A stretch of DNA of 54,960 nucleotides from a virus (Duplodnaviria; Caudoviricetes): IMG/VR virus record IMGVR_UViG_3300046028_005371, positions 1 through 54,960 of that record; one strand, 5' to 3'. Below, piece by piece: positions 1-9,181 of this stretch. The notes under the pieces are model-generated. The model was not told the origin of the DNA. It saw only the letters and a program-made list of their open reading frames with translations, and made no database searches. The position numbers and the translations under genes are program-made. The stretch's first letter is position 1; the number at the start of each line of letters is the position of its first letter.

Positions 1-191
1 AGTGTGCTACCTACATACCCAACTTGTCCCCTTGATCCAGAATAACCAACAGTTAAACTTAGTAATGCTCGTGCTTGTGGAACAGTAAGATACTGCGCTA
101 CAGCTGAGTCTTGAACAACAATAAGAGTGTTCGCTTCGCTAGGCGTTGTTAACTGCGGTAAATTTACGAGATCCGGACGTGGTGTTGTCAT
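1..191 (-). CDS. Partial CDS (runs off window), start of a Gly-X-Y repeat, probably tail-fibre-type protein
   Basis: ATG at 191 gives MTTPRPDLVNLPQL...GYSGSRGQVGYVGST; TAAATA late-type motif just upstream. Confidence 0.55.
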   Translation of the reverse strand, partial: MTTPRPDLVNLPQLTTPSEANTLIVVQDSAVAQYLTVPQARALLSLTVGYSGSRGQVGYVGST

Positions 192-229
192 GTTTGTTTT
201 TTCACTTACACTATTTAGTGGTTTTTAAC

Positions 230-1801
230 CTATGCGAGCCTTGAACTCCTGTTCAGTAATAGATATTTAGCCCCAGACTCGTTTAGTGCATTTTGCACTA
301 TAACCCGGTCTATTTCAAAATCAAATGTATTAAATTTAAAACCACTTTCGTTTATTTTTCTAATTATAGTGGCACTTTTTTCGGGCAAGGTAAAGCATAG
401 TGGAACAAATGCAATATACCCCGGTTTAACCAAGTCACCTTCCTGCAAAAAGTTTGTAAAGCTAGGATTTCTTACTGTGGTGAATTTTGCCTCAGTGGCA
501 AGTTTTGCCCTCATGTTTAGTATGCTAGACGGATAGTATGTATTTTTATTGAATGTTATTTCTTTAGGTACACTAATTCTATCTAAATTAACGTGTTTAT
601 CTATCACTTCTACATAAATTATTTCATGTCTTACAGTGCCGTCAGTGTTTCTAGCCACGGCCGTTTTTAATCCGCCCAGTGAAATTTTCCGTCTATCAAA
701 ATTGGTCTGCATTAAATTGGCATAACCAGTTGTTGATAATCTTTCAACACCAAAGTCTATAACAAGTTTTAATTCTTCTTGTTTACTAAAATTAGGATCA
801 ACTGGTCTGTATAATAGATTGGGTATAAAAATTTCTTTGTTTCTAATAAATTCTAAAAATTCGGTGCGTTTACTTTGTTTTAAAAGTGGTTTTGCGTATA
901 TTTCTGTGTAAGTTGAACTACTAGTTTGACGAAGATTTATTGAAAACGCTCCTCTTAACAAATTATTATTGTTGGTATCACTGATAGCCACTACAAAACT
1001 ACTAGTAGACGTTGCAGTAGTAACTGCGGTATTAACATCGACTCTTCCGCTGATCGTGCCGTCTCTATTTAAAGTAAGTCCATTAGGTAATGAACCACTG
1101 ATTAATGAATAAGTTGTATATACAGTGGATGTAGAAAACTGTCCCTTAACATATAATTCGCTAATTTCTCCGGGAACTAATGTACCGATTGTGCCAGTAG
1201 TTTCCCAAGGTTGTGGTACGTCTAGACCTTTAAAAGGCAAAATGGTTAAAGTAAATGTACCGGTGCTTCTAAAATTTGCCTGGTCTTGTGCTGTAATCAA
1301 ATACTGGGTTGCAGTAGTTGCTAGCCTAGAAGCATTAGAAATAGAACCAGTCACTGAATTAAATTTTAATCCCTCTGGTAAATTTGGACTAATAGACCAA
1401 GTTTTTGTCTTGTAGCCGCCAGCAACTGTTACGGGTACAATCGGTGCTGTGGGAATACTAGCAGTTAATGTTGAATTTGCAATGTCTAAAGATGTAAGTA
1501 ATCGGTTAACTACTGCTAATGTAAACGAATAACTGGCAGTTTGTAAATCAAGCCCCCCACCCGAATCACTGACAGTTATTTGATACGTAATATCATCCGT
1601 TAATGTTGTAGGAGTTCCTGTAATTATCCCAGTAGATGTACTAAAATTTAATCCAGTAAATATGCCGGGTGTAATTGAATACAATAGCGGTGTTGTACCA
1701 CCCGTCGCGGTAATTAGCGCAAACGGAGTAACTGTTTGATTAATATTTAAAACAGAAAGAGTAACCGTTTGAGTCGTGGTTAAAGTTGATAGAGCGGGCA
1801 T
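230..1801 (-). CDS. Virion structural protein with putative Ig (He_PIG-like) repeats
   Basis: Thr/Ser-rich repeats GLNFSTSTGIITGTPT, LPEGLKFNSVTGSIS, LPNGLTLNRDGTISG. Confidence 0.7.
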   Translation of the reverse strand: MPALSTLTTTQTVTLSVLNINQTVTPFALITATGGTTPLLYSITPGIFTGLNFSTSTGIITGTPTTLTDDITYQITVSDSGGGLDLQTASYSFTLAVVNRLLTSLDIANSTLTASIPTAPIVPVTVAGGYKTKTWSISPNLPEGLKFNSVTGSISNASRLATTATQYLITAQDQANFRSTGTFTLTILPFKGLDVPQPWETTGTIGTLVPGEISELYVKGQFSTSTVYTTYSLISGSLPNGLTLNRDGTISGRVDVNTAVTTATSTSSFVVAISDTNNNNLLRGAFSINLRQTSSSTYTEIYAKPLLKQSKRTEFLEFIRNKEIFIPNLLYRPVDPNFSKQEELKLVIDFGVERLSTTGYANLMQTNFDRRKISLGGLKTAVARNTDGTVRHEIIYVEVIDKHVNLDRISVPKEITFNKNTYYPSSILNMRAKLATEAKFTTVRNPSFTNFLQEGDLVKPGYIAFVPLCFTLPEKSATIIRKINESGFKFNTFDFEIDRVIVQNALNESGAKYLLLNRSSRLA

Positions 1802-1850
1802 ATTTTAGGAATTTACCTTATACGGTATTTACCTAAAATGCTAGTCTTGT

Positions 1851-2072
1851 TTAGTGTAGGGTTCTTGGCTCAAACTGATGTATATCTTTAATACCAAATA
1901 TTTTTAGTATTTTTTTAATAGAACTAGGAGGATTGTTCATTAATTCCTCTGGAAGCATCATAGTTTTTAGTTCACCGTTTGCGTCAATGATAAAACCGTA
2001 GTCTGTATCACTAAAATCATCATCGTCATCCTCGGGTATCTCTTCAACTACAAGTTCATTATTTTTAGACAT
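1851..2072 (-). CDS. Hypothetical acidic protein
   Basis: 73-aa ORF with an upstream TAAATA motif. Confidence 0.6.
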   Translation of the reverse strand: MSKNNELVVEEIPEDDDDDFSDTDYGFIIDANGELKTMMLPEELMNNPPSSIKKILKIFGIKDIHQFEPRTLH

Positions 2073-2138
2073 ATTATTTTCCCCAATGGTATTTATAGAG
2101 GTTAAATAAAGTATACTTTAATTTAAAGGAATTTAAAA

Positions 2139-2471
2139 ATGGAAATTATTTTAGCACTTGTAGTACTTGCCGCCGCACTTTGGTGGTTCTTCTTTCGTGA
2201 TGAAAAGAAAACAGAAGTTGAAACACCTGTTGTTCGAGAAAATGAGATTGTAGAAGCTACAGTTGAACTAGCACCTGCAGTTGTTGCCGCTACGGTAGTA
2301 GTAGCAGATAACACAGTTGCACCAATGCCAGTTGGAATTGAAGCAGTAGTAGCTGCTCCGGTTGCCAAGGAGCCCCGTAAACCACGTGCTCCTAAGGCAG
2401 AAACTCCAGCTAAGCCAGCCGCAAAAAAAGCAGCCCCTGCTAAGAAGGCCGCTGTTTCAAAGAAGGTTTAA
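2139..2471 (+). CDS. Membrane-anchored Ala/Lys/Pro-rich protein
   Basis: N-terminal hydrophobic helix; PAKKAA-type tail; AAGGA RBS. Confidence 0.7.
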   Translation: MEIILALVVLAAALWWFFFRDEKKTEVETPVVRENEIVEATVELAPAVVAATVVVADNTVAPMPVGIEAVVAAPVAKEPRKPRAPKAETPAKPAAKKAAPAKKAAVSKKV

Positions 2472-3488
2472 TTCTTTAGCCTGCTTGTGTAATGCAAAGC
2501 TGGCTAAGTTTTTGCCCTTCGATTCGGCCATGATGTCGAATTGATCTAGAAAGCTCAGAGCCCATTCGTTGACTGCTGTATTCCAGTAGAAATCACTATG
2601 TGCTCTGAGCTTTCCCTTTTTGTAACCACTTTCTAAGAGGGTCTGAAGATTGGGTAACTGGGTTGGGGAATGACCTGTGAGTAAATCTTTGCGAGATACA
2701 CTGTAGTGACAAGCAGGACGCACGCCGCGCCAACTATCAATAATCCTTTTAATACGGTCGTCATTATTTTCAATATATTCTCCTGTGTGTATGTAATGGT
2801 GATGTATGTCTAAAACTAGAGCACAATCGTTGGCTAACTCTAGGCTCGAATCGATACCCCAAGAGATTTCGTCGTTTTCAATTGTGAGGCAGTTTCTTGC
2901 TTCGGGGCTGAGTCTTGGGATAGCTGCTTTGATACCGGCGGGACCGGCTCTACCCGATATGTGTACATTGATTTTAAAGTCCTGAAAGGTTCTGCCGTAA
3001 CCCATCCAACGTGCCATGTCAGCATGATATTCAAATTCCTCTATACTTCGATCTACAATATCTGGGTTATCGCTTGCCAGCACAGTAAACTGACCAGGAT
3101 GAAAAGACAGCCTAACACCGTTCTTGCGAGCCGCATCTCCCACGGTTCTAAATTCTCTTTCGAGATATGCTCTAACGTCGCTAGTCCGCCAAAACCAAGA
3201 CCAATCACGCTGAGTGTAAACAGGCAATATATCGCTGCCGAGTCGTACCATTCTAAGATTTTCATCAAGTGTTCCTACTTTTTCAACAAGTTTACGGACA
3301 CTCTCAATATTACCAGTCATTAGGTCATAGAGTTTTTGTTCCGCAACTTCCTTGCTTTGTCTATTTAACCAAGCAACGGTGGTACTACCTGTGTTATACT
3401 TTTTAGCATCATCTTTGGGTTTGATGCCATCCACTTGTTCTGCATGGTCAATCCACTTGCAGGCAAACCCGATTTTTTTGATTGTCAT
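2457..3488 (-). CDS. uvsE: UV DNA damage repair endonuclease (UvsE/UVDE family)
   Basis: IGFAC, RLGSD, RLSFHPGQF, NVH, TIENDE, LDIHHH and RAHSD motifs. Confidence 0.92.
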   Translation of the reverse strand: MTIKKIGFACKWIDHAEQVDGIKPKDDAKKYNTGSTTVAWLNRQSKEVAEQKLYDLMTGNIESVRKLVEKVGTLDENLRMVRLGSDILPVYTQRDWSWFWRTSDVRAYLEREFRTVGDAARKNGVRLSFHPGQFTVLASDNPDIVDRSIEEFEYHADMARWMGYGRTFQDFKINVHISGRAGPAGIKAAIPRLSPEARNCLTIENDEISWGIDSSLELANDCALVLDIHHHYIHTGEYIENNDDRIKRIIDSWRGVRPACHYSVSRKDLLTGHSPTQLPNLQTLLESGYKKGKLRAHSDFYWNTAVNEWALSFLDQFDIMAESKGKNLASFALHKQAKELNLL

Positions 3489-3654
3489 TCTTTAACTCCG
3501 GAATGTTGTTTGTTTTGTCTTCGATTGCATCAATGTGCCAAAAATAAGCTTCTAATTCTCGAATACGTTTAAGTAATTGTTGACCAGTAATAGCATGATG
3601 CCATGCCTCTTGAGTCAACTCTGCTAACAGAGCGTTACGTGTCTTTCTGTTCAC
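3448..3654 (-). CDS. Hypothetical protein (GTG start assumed)
   Basis: ORF fills the gap between neighbouring genes. Confidence 0.4.
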   Translation of the reverse strand: MNRKTRNALLAELTQEAWHHAITGQQLLKRIRELEAYFWHIDAIEDKTNNIPELKNDNQKNRVCLQVD

Positions 3655-3817
3655 TTTTAACTTTCTGAAGGCTCCATGAGCCATCCTTGTTGTCTAACCA
3701 TTCTAAAGTATCTCCTTCGACCCAGCCCTGAATTTGCAAGAATTCTTGGGGCAATGGCATCACAAGATCTCCACTACCGTCCTCTGCTTCTTCAACTGTA
3801 ACAGTCCATTTTGACAT
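3635..3817 (-). CDS. AbrB/MazE-like small DNA-binding protein
   Basis: GDLVMPLPQEFLQIQGWVEGDTLEW swapped-hairpin pattern. Confidence 0.65.
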   Translation of the reverse strand: MSKWTVTVEEAEDGSGDLVMPLPQEFLQIQGWVEGDTLEWLDNKDGSWSLQKVKSEQKDT

Positions 3818-4047
3818 TAATATTCCTTTGTAAGTGCATGGTAAACTAAAAATTGTTTAAATGCGCGAAAAACTTCTTTGGCTTCTTTTTCGTCTGCTTC
3901 TATTTTTACACCTCTAACATAAAACCCATCTTCGGTAACTTTTAGCATTTCTGTCTGACCTGCGTGAAATATGATATTGTTTGCAGGTTGTGCAGACATT
4001 GATATTACAGGCTTTGCAATAAGAGGAGCAATAGTAAATGTAGACAT
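3817..4047 (-). CDS. Hypothetical phage protein
   Basis: 76-aa ORF directly after a sigma70 promoter. Confidence 0.6.
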   Translation of the reverse strand: MSTFTIAPLIAKPVISMSAQPANNIIFHAGQTEMLKVTEDGFYVRGVKIEADEKEAKEVFRAFKQFLVYHALTKEY

Positions 4048-4053
4048 GTTACT

Positions 4054-4082
4054 ATTTTACACTATTTTATATGATTTGTCAA
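4054..4082 (-). promoter_or_regulatory. Sigma70-type promoter
   Basis: TTGACA-17nt-TAAAAT. Confidence 0.7.
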
Positions 4083-4274
4083 TCACCAATGACGAATAGT
4101 ATTTGCCATAATAAAAAAGCAGGTAACAACGTGTATCGCTACCCAGAATGTTTTAAAGAACAAAGCCCATCGGGCTTCTCTTAATGTTAGGATAGGAACG
4201 TCTGGGCGGTCATCATCGGTATTGCCCATTAGATGACCAGTTGCCCTTGCCCAAATACGTTCTAAGCTATTCAC
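4083..4274 (-). CDS. Small membrane protein
   Basis: C-terminal hydrophobic helix; ATGA overlap with queD. Confidence 0.65.
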   Translation of the reverse strand: MNSLERIWARATGHLMGNTDDDRPDVPILTLREARWALFFKTFWVAIHVVTCFFIMANTIRHW

Positions 4275-4777
4275 GCAAACAAGTCCTCATTCCATTCGCG
4301 ATGACCTTCACGGAATGCCATATTGGCCTGTGTCTCACGTACTTCTACACGATAGCACCAAAGTCTAGCAGCCTCGCCTGGACCCCACATCTCTGGAATA
4401 TAAACAGCATTAACATACTTGTAAAGCATATCACTAAGACCTTCACAACCTAATCTTGGTAATACAACTACTTTCGCCATTTTCTTTTCTACTAACAGAT
4501 TGTATGTAGCCATTTCTGGATCATCTGCGGCTACAATAAGTGTATGGTCAAATTGATCTTCTAGAGTTTTCTTTAGTTCTTTTAAACCGCCATAGTCAGC
4601 CGCCCAATTACGGACATCCAGGTCGTTGGTGCCAAAGTAAAATTTCATACTAAATGAATAGCCGTGAATTAGATTACAGTGACTATCAGCTCGCCATTGG
4701 CGATACGCACAGGGAAAGGCGTCGTGATATTCTTTTGTTGAAGTGTACTTATAAAGTACGGGTTGTAGATTTGCCAT
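4271..4777 (-). CDS. queD: 6-pyruvoyl-tetrahydropterin/6-carboxytetrahydropterin synthase (QueD/PTPS family)
   Basis: HCNLIHGYS, DYGGLK, FDHT, GCE and EVRET motifs. Confidence 0.88.
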   Translation of the reverse strand: MANLQPVLYKYTSTKEYHDAFPCAYRQWRADSHCNLIHGYSFSMKFYFGTNDLDVRNWAADYGGLKELKKTLEDQFDHTLIVAADDPEMATYNLLVEKKMAKVVVLPRLGCEGLSDMLYKYVNAVYIPEMWGPGEAARLWCYRVEVRETQANMAFREGHREWNEDLFA

Positions 4778-4785
4778 CTCTAGTC

Positions 4786-4864
4786 TCCTTTGTAAGGTAG
4801 CAAGTTTGACGACATGCAGAGTTTATAAAGCGGGATGAATGTGCGTGAAAGTCCGCTGCCTACT
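4786..4864 (-). promoter_or_regulatory. Candidate cis-regulatory RNA (pseudoknot) in the queD leader
   Basis: Stem AGCGG/CCGCU, A-rich linker, loop complementary to downstream UGCAUGUCGUC, ends at AAGGAG RBS. Confidence 0.45.
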
Positions 4865-4875
4865 ATTTAGTAAGC

Positions 4876-5460
4876 CTATCGTCGAGAAACAATTTTATCG
4901 CATAACCCATAGGCCAATGCTTCTTCTGCACTCATAAAGGTATCTCTATCCATATCTTTTTCAAAATCTGCATAGTTTTTACCTGCTGTATTATGTTCAA
5001 CATATAACTTAGTAAGCATATCTTTCATCTTAGTAATCTCTTGGTATTGAATAGCAATGTCACTTTGCATACCTCGAGCTCCGCCGCTTGGCTGATGAAT
5101 CATATGACGAGCATGTGGTAACATATAACGCTTGCCCGGTGTACCTGCTTGTGCAAGGAATGATCCCATGCTACATGCCTGACCTAGTACATAGGTGCAT
5201 ACATCAGGTTTGACAAATTGCATAACATCATAGATAGCCATACCAGCAGTGATAACACCACCAGGGCTGTTAATATAAAAGTGAATATCCTTCTCAGAAT
5301 CGGCACTCTCTAAATGTAGAATCTGTGCAACAATAAGATTACTACTTGCATCATCTACTCCACCGTTAAGGAACACAATGCGTTCGTTAAGCAATCGACT
5401 AAAAATGTCAAACGCACGTTCGCCCTGTCCTGTTTTTTCAATTACCATTGGTACAAGCAT
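4876..5460 (-). CDS. clpP: ATP-dependent Clp protease proteolytic subunit
   Basis: [32 protein letters not shown] and [11 protein letters not shown] motifs. Confidence 0.96.
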   Translation of the reverse strand: MLVPMVIEKTGQGERAFDIFSRLLNERIVFLNGGVDDASSNLIVAQILHLESADSEKDIHFYINSPGGVITAGMAIYDVMQFVKPDVCTYVLGQACSMGSFLAQAGTPGKRYMLPHARHMIHQPSGGARGMQSDIAIQYQEITKMKDMLTKLYVEHNTAGKNYADFEKDMDRDTFMSAEEALAYGLCDKIVSRR

Positions 5461-5468
5461 ATTTTTCC

Positions 5469-5735
5469 TTATTTTGTATCTGAAGTTTTAATTGTTTCAA
5501 AAAGGTCCAGTTTTTCCTTTTTAAATTCTTTGTAGGCAAGAATCAGTCTATCCCATATCCACCATTTACACATAAAACAATATACAACAGATAGTGATGC
5601 TATAACAATATATGTACTATATGGCGGAGGTACTGCAATGGATGATATTGTAAATATTGTAATAATTATAAAAACTTTTTGCCAAAATTCACTTTTGTTC
5701 CATTGCCAAATAATAAATCTTAAAAATTCCTTCAT
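5469..5735 (-). CDS. Hypothetical membrane protein
   Basis: Two hydrophobic segments. Confidence 0.6.
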   Translation of the reverse strand: MKEFLRFIIWQWNKSEFWQKVFIIITIFTISSIAVPPPYSTYIVIASLSVVYCFMCKWWIWDRLILAYKEFKKEKLDLFETIKTSDTK

Positions 5736-6157
5736 TGGTAATCCTTGTCTAATTTAATACCTGTAAGGCCGGCTACTGTTTGAAATTTATTCCAGGCTTG
5801 TTTAGCCATTGGGTTACAATCTAGTTCGTCACTAGGCAATATTGTTTCAAGCCAAAACTCAGGTCGCCGTTGCGGACGGGCGCCAAATTTTCTAGGTTGA
5901 TGTATCTTGCCATCTTCGTAAAGCATAATGCTCACACTGCGGAATTTGTCCTCATCGTCTTTGCTGTGGAAGTCGTAATGTTCCCACTCGGTATTACTTG
6001 CTCCGCCTAGACAATATCCCTGCCAAATTCCCGCCCATTGTTCGTCATCACGTGGATCAAAATCTGTACGAGTAATCAATACCAGTACATCTTCCATGGC
6101 CACACGACCTTCCACGATGTCCAAAACACAACGGCTATAGCTTAATCCAATTTTCAT
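5732..6157 (-). CDS. Hypothetical phage protein
   Basis: ORF coupled to neighbours by ATGA overlaps. Confidence 0.7.
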   Translation of the reverse strand: MKIGLSYSRCVLDIVEGRVAMEDVLVLITRTDFDPRDDEQWAGIWQGYCLGGASNTEWEHYDFHSKDDEDKFRSVSIMLYEDGKIHQPRKFGARPQRRPEFWLETILPSDELDCNPMAKQAWNKFQTVAGLTGIKLDKDYQ

Positions 6158-6486
6158 ACAATTACACTTTCATCTCTTACTGTTTTAAATATATTACGTC
6201 CACACTTTCGAATAGCATCTACTAGTGCTTGTGGTGCTTCTTCTGAATAAATTTTTATTTCTTCGTATTCCATGTCACTCTCAAATGCCCAAATTTCTGG
6301 AAAACGTTGAGGATTTGCCTGAGCTCTTACTATAGCATATCTTGGTATAGGCAAGTCAACCTTTTTCTCGCCTTTTAGGTATGCCATGACCTTTTTCTTT
6401 TCATAATCAGTAACATTAAAAATCCATTCAAACCCTAGACTATCAAAGTAACACATATAAGCAGACATTTTACAAATCCTCGTCAT
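6154..6486 (-). CDS. Hypothetical phage protein
   Basis: ORF coupled to neighbours. Confidence 0.65.
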   Translation of the reverse strand: MTRICKMSAYMCYFDSLGFEWIFNVTDYEKKKVMAYLKGEKKVDLPIPRYAIVRAQANPQRFPEIWAFESDMEYEEIKIYSEEAPQALVDAIRKCGRNIFKTVRDESVIV

Positions 6487-6889
6487 ATATTATATCTCGG
6501 GCTTTTGCATGTTCTTCGCACAATGTAGTAACCCAACCGCCACCAATACGCTTGCCCGGGTTACCACATTCTTCACAGGTAACACCGCTCATGCTTTCTG
6601 CCATAGTAACCATTCCGTCAATATAGTCGTCCCCACCGGTGTAGTAGAATCTCAATGTACCAAACTTTTCTTTAACTTGGTCCAGTGTGACTTGTGCTAC
6701 AACTTCTTCTTTTTTATTCTTCCAATCAATGTGATGTTGGATATTACCCATGAGCTGATCCAAGATGTTAAACCAACCATCCCTACAATCAAATCCCCAG
6801 CACATACAAGTTTCCTGCATGGGCAAATTACGATTCACCATCATCTTGGGATATCGTTCGCACAACAGTTTATCTAGTTCTTGTTTCAT
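6470..6889 (-). CDS. Hypothetical phage protein with C-terminal Zn ribbon
   Basis: QVKEKFGTLRFY motif; CEECG...TLCEEH. Confidence 0.75.
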   Translation of the reverse strand: MKQELDKLLCERYPKMMVNRNLPMQETCMCWGFDCRDGWFNILDQLMGNIQHHIDWKNKKEEVVAQVTLDQVKEKFGTLRFYYTGGDDYIDGMVTMAESMSGVTCEECGNPGKRIGGGWVTTLCEEHAKARDIIYDEDL

Positions 6890-7119
6890 TATTCTTTTCC
6901 GAAGTGTTTAATGATTAAGTTTAATGCTTCAATTGATAGAATATTGTCCGTTACATCTCCTGGATGTAACCAGTACCCATCTGGGTTAGAATCTGTCTTG
7001 GGATTCTTTTTCCAGTCTTTTAATTCTTTTTTAAGATATGCTCGATAATCTTGAAGATTTAAAACTGTAATACGATCAGCAGTTTCACCATCAATTGTCA
7101 GTTGCCTTGTCTTGCTCAT
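6889..7119 (-). CDS. Hypothetical phage protein
   Basis: Contiguous ORF in operon. Confidence 0.6.
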   Translation of the reverse strand: MSKTRQLTIDGETADRITVLNLQDYRAYLKKELKDWKKNPKTDSNPDGYWLHPGDVTDNILSIEALNLIIKHFGKE

Positions 7120-7336
7120 ATTGTTTTACCATTCTATATAAAGGTTCCATTCTTACTGCAAATACATAAGGAGTATATCTAGCAGCCTCCTTCATATCCA
7201 ATTCATTGGGGTAGTGTCGCAACATGGCACGAGCACCATCCTTAATTGCTTTAGGAACTCGTGGAGTACTGAGAATCTCTTTTAGAAATTTTTCAGTCTG
7301 TACTACTGCCCGATACCTTTCATCAGGCAATGTCAT
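7091..7336 (-). CDS. Hypothetical protein (BPSL0761-like, recalled from memory)
   Basis: MTLPDERYRAV...PRVPK...LRHYP. Confidence 0.6.
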   Translation of the reverse strand: MTLPDERYRAVVQTEKFLKEILSTPRVPKAIKDGARAMLRHYPNELDMKEAARYTPYVFAVRMEPLYRMVKQYEQDKATDN

Positions 7337-7895
7337 TTTCTTCTTTCCAGCGAGCTGCTTTAAGTTTAAGGCCTTCTGGATCATGCTTAAATTCTTCTAG
7401 CAGATCCTTTAGTACATTGTTAATGTACTCGTTAAGAGTAATATTCTGACGATGTGCATTCATTGCGGCTTCTAGCAACATGTCATCGGGTAGATCCAGC
7501 GGAACGCTCACGGTGTTTTCATAATCCTTACCTGCCTTAATAGCTAGACATTTTTGGATAAAATCGTCATCTACTTCTAAGTCTACGTAGTCAACATCAT
7601 CCCATGCTTCATTTAGATTCACATCACGGGACTCGGCTTCCTTATTATGCTTTTCAATCTTGCTAGGATTGATCATGCGATACGCACGATCATTGGTGTA
7701 GTCGCACACACTTACTTCGTAGACTTTTTGTGTCTTAGTGCTGAACACAATACTGAAACTGTATCCGCCCTTACCGTGAACACCGTTCCACGAATCTAGT
7801 GTATAAGAATTATCACCGTAACATTGCCATCCGTAGTCACTACCTTCTGTAATACGGTAGTCGACCAGTTCCATCCATTCTTTCATCGTGATCAT
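7323..7895 (-). CDS. Hypothetical protein with C-terminal ribbon-helix-helix-like segment
   Basis: LPDDMLLEAAMNAHRQNITLNEYINNVL. Confidence 0.6.
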   Translation of the reverse strand: MITMKEWMELVDYRITEGSDYGWQCYGDNSYTLDSWNGVHGKGGYSFSIVFSTKTQKVYEVSVCDYTNDRAYRMINPSKIEKHNKEAESRDVNLNEAWDDVDYVDLEVDDDFIQKCLAIKAGKDYENTVSVPLDLPDDMLLEAAMNAHRQNITLNEYINNVLKDLLEEFKHDPEGLKLKAARWKEENDIA

Positions 7896-8350
7896 TTTGA
7901 TTCCTTGGTTAGTTGACATATTAGTATGAACTGTTCATACGCTTTCTTCACTGCTGGGTTTAAGTATAACATATTTGCTTCGTCTTGTAAAGCCTTTATG
8001 CCTGCTTCGGCAATATCTCGAGAACAATTAATATTCAAGGTAGCTAACTCATCACCGAACTCTTTTGCCAATTTCTTCCAGGCCTTGCGCTGTCCTTCAG
8101 TAATAGGAGTTTGTTTAGGACGAAGTTCGCTGGCCTGACTAATGGCCCGAGTCATAGCATCTTCAGCTACCCGACTTGCGGCAATCAGCGCGGCATAGTC
8201 AGGTTGAATGTTAAACCTACGGCTGGACCCCCCAGGGTAGCACATGACTAAGTGATTGCCTTTTGTAAAGCTATCCATAAATTCATTATCATATTCTGCA
8301 ACAGGCACATACCTGCGGCCAACTTTTTCATAGTAAATCTTCTTGGTCAT
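7892..8350 (-). CDS. Hypothetical phage protein
   Basis: 152-aa ORF coupled to neighbours. Confidence 0.7.
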   Translation of the reverse strand: MTKKIYYEKVGRRYVPVAEYDNEFMDSFTKGNHLVMCYPGGSSRRFNIQPDYAALIAASRVAEDAMTRAISQASELRPKQTPITEGQRKAWKKLAKEFGDELATLNINCSRDIAEAGIKALQDEANMLYLNPAVKKAYEQFILICQLTKESK

Positions 8351-8621
8351 TTTTTAATCCATTACTGTGTTTATCGGTAGTGGTGTCTACATCTTGGAAT
8401 AGCCGCTTTTCTTGTTGTGTTAGTTCTTTAAAAGTTTTCCTGGGGTTGCCGCACATTACACAATTCGGATTACCACAATTCATAGCATGCCTTTTGGCAA
8501 ACTTGTGCGGCTCCTTAACCGGCACTCCGTACTCTTTGGCAATCTTTGTCTGCCTCTTTACAGCATTTTCATCTTTGAGTCTACGTCTGCTATTTTTATA
8601 TTTGTCTTGTTCTGTACTCAC
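8328..8621 (-). CDS. Basic hypothetical protein with Cys cluster
   Basis: CGNPNCVMCGNPR. Confidence 0.65.
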   Translation of the reverse strand: MSTEQDKYKNSRRRLKDENAVKRQTKIAKEYGVPVKEPHKFAKRHAMNCGNPNCVMCGNPRKTFKELTQQEKRLFQDVDTTTDKHSNGLKNDQEDLL

Positions 8622-8974
8622 GTTTTAACTCCTTCTGGAATTTTACTATCTTTAATGGTCTTTAACAATCGATGATTTCGAACATCTTGTTCTTTGCGTT
8701 CTCTCTTAGAGTCGTTACTCAGTTTTAACATTTTATCATACTCACGTGCCCACCTTACTCCAGCTAGCCAATCTTCTAGACGCTCAAGACTGCCTACAAA
8801 CAGTTCAGCATCTCGTGTGTAAATTGGTAGAGCTTCTGTGTCTTTTGGCACAAGGCTTAGGGCACCGTGATTGTCAGTCCAATCACCGTGCTTGCTCTTA
8901 CTGAATTTAAAGCCAAGTTTGTCAACTTCTTGTTCAACCTGTTTAATTTTTTGAATTGTTTCCCAACCTGTCAT
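8618..8974 (-). CDS. Hypothetical phage protein
   Basis: AAGGA RBS; coupled ORF. Confidence 0.65.
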   Translation of the reverse strand: MTGWETIQKIKQVEQEVDKLGFKFSKSKHGDWTDNHGALSLVPKDTEALPIYTRDAELFVGSLERLEDWLAGVRWAREYDKMLKLSNDSKRERKEQDVRNHRLLKTIKDSKIPEGVKT

Positions 8975-8983
8975 GATACTTCC

Positions 8984-9181
8984 TTAAACAATTTTAACCA
9001 ATTTCATTCTTCGACATTCTTCTTTAACCTGAATTGGATAGTCAGGATGGAACTCTGCTAAACTGCAATCATATACCTTTTGTCTCGGCAAATGATTACC
9101 TACAACAATTAATCCCACCATGGCCAATACAAGTCCTATAAAAACAAATGCAAGCCCGATAACTTTTAAAAGTTTGATCAC
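8984..9181 (-). CDS. Small membrane protein
   Basis: N-terminal TM helix; YDCSLAEFHPD...C. Confidence 0.55.
   Translation of the reverse strand: MIKLLKVIGLAFVFIGLVLAMVGLIVVGNHLPRQKVYDCSLAEFHPDYPIQVKEECRRMKLVKIV

Noticed and set aside
4876-5460. ClpP as prohead maturation protease
   Set aside because: The sequence is a compact host-type ClpP with no portal or capsid genes nearby.
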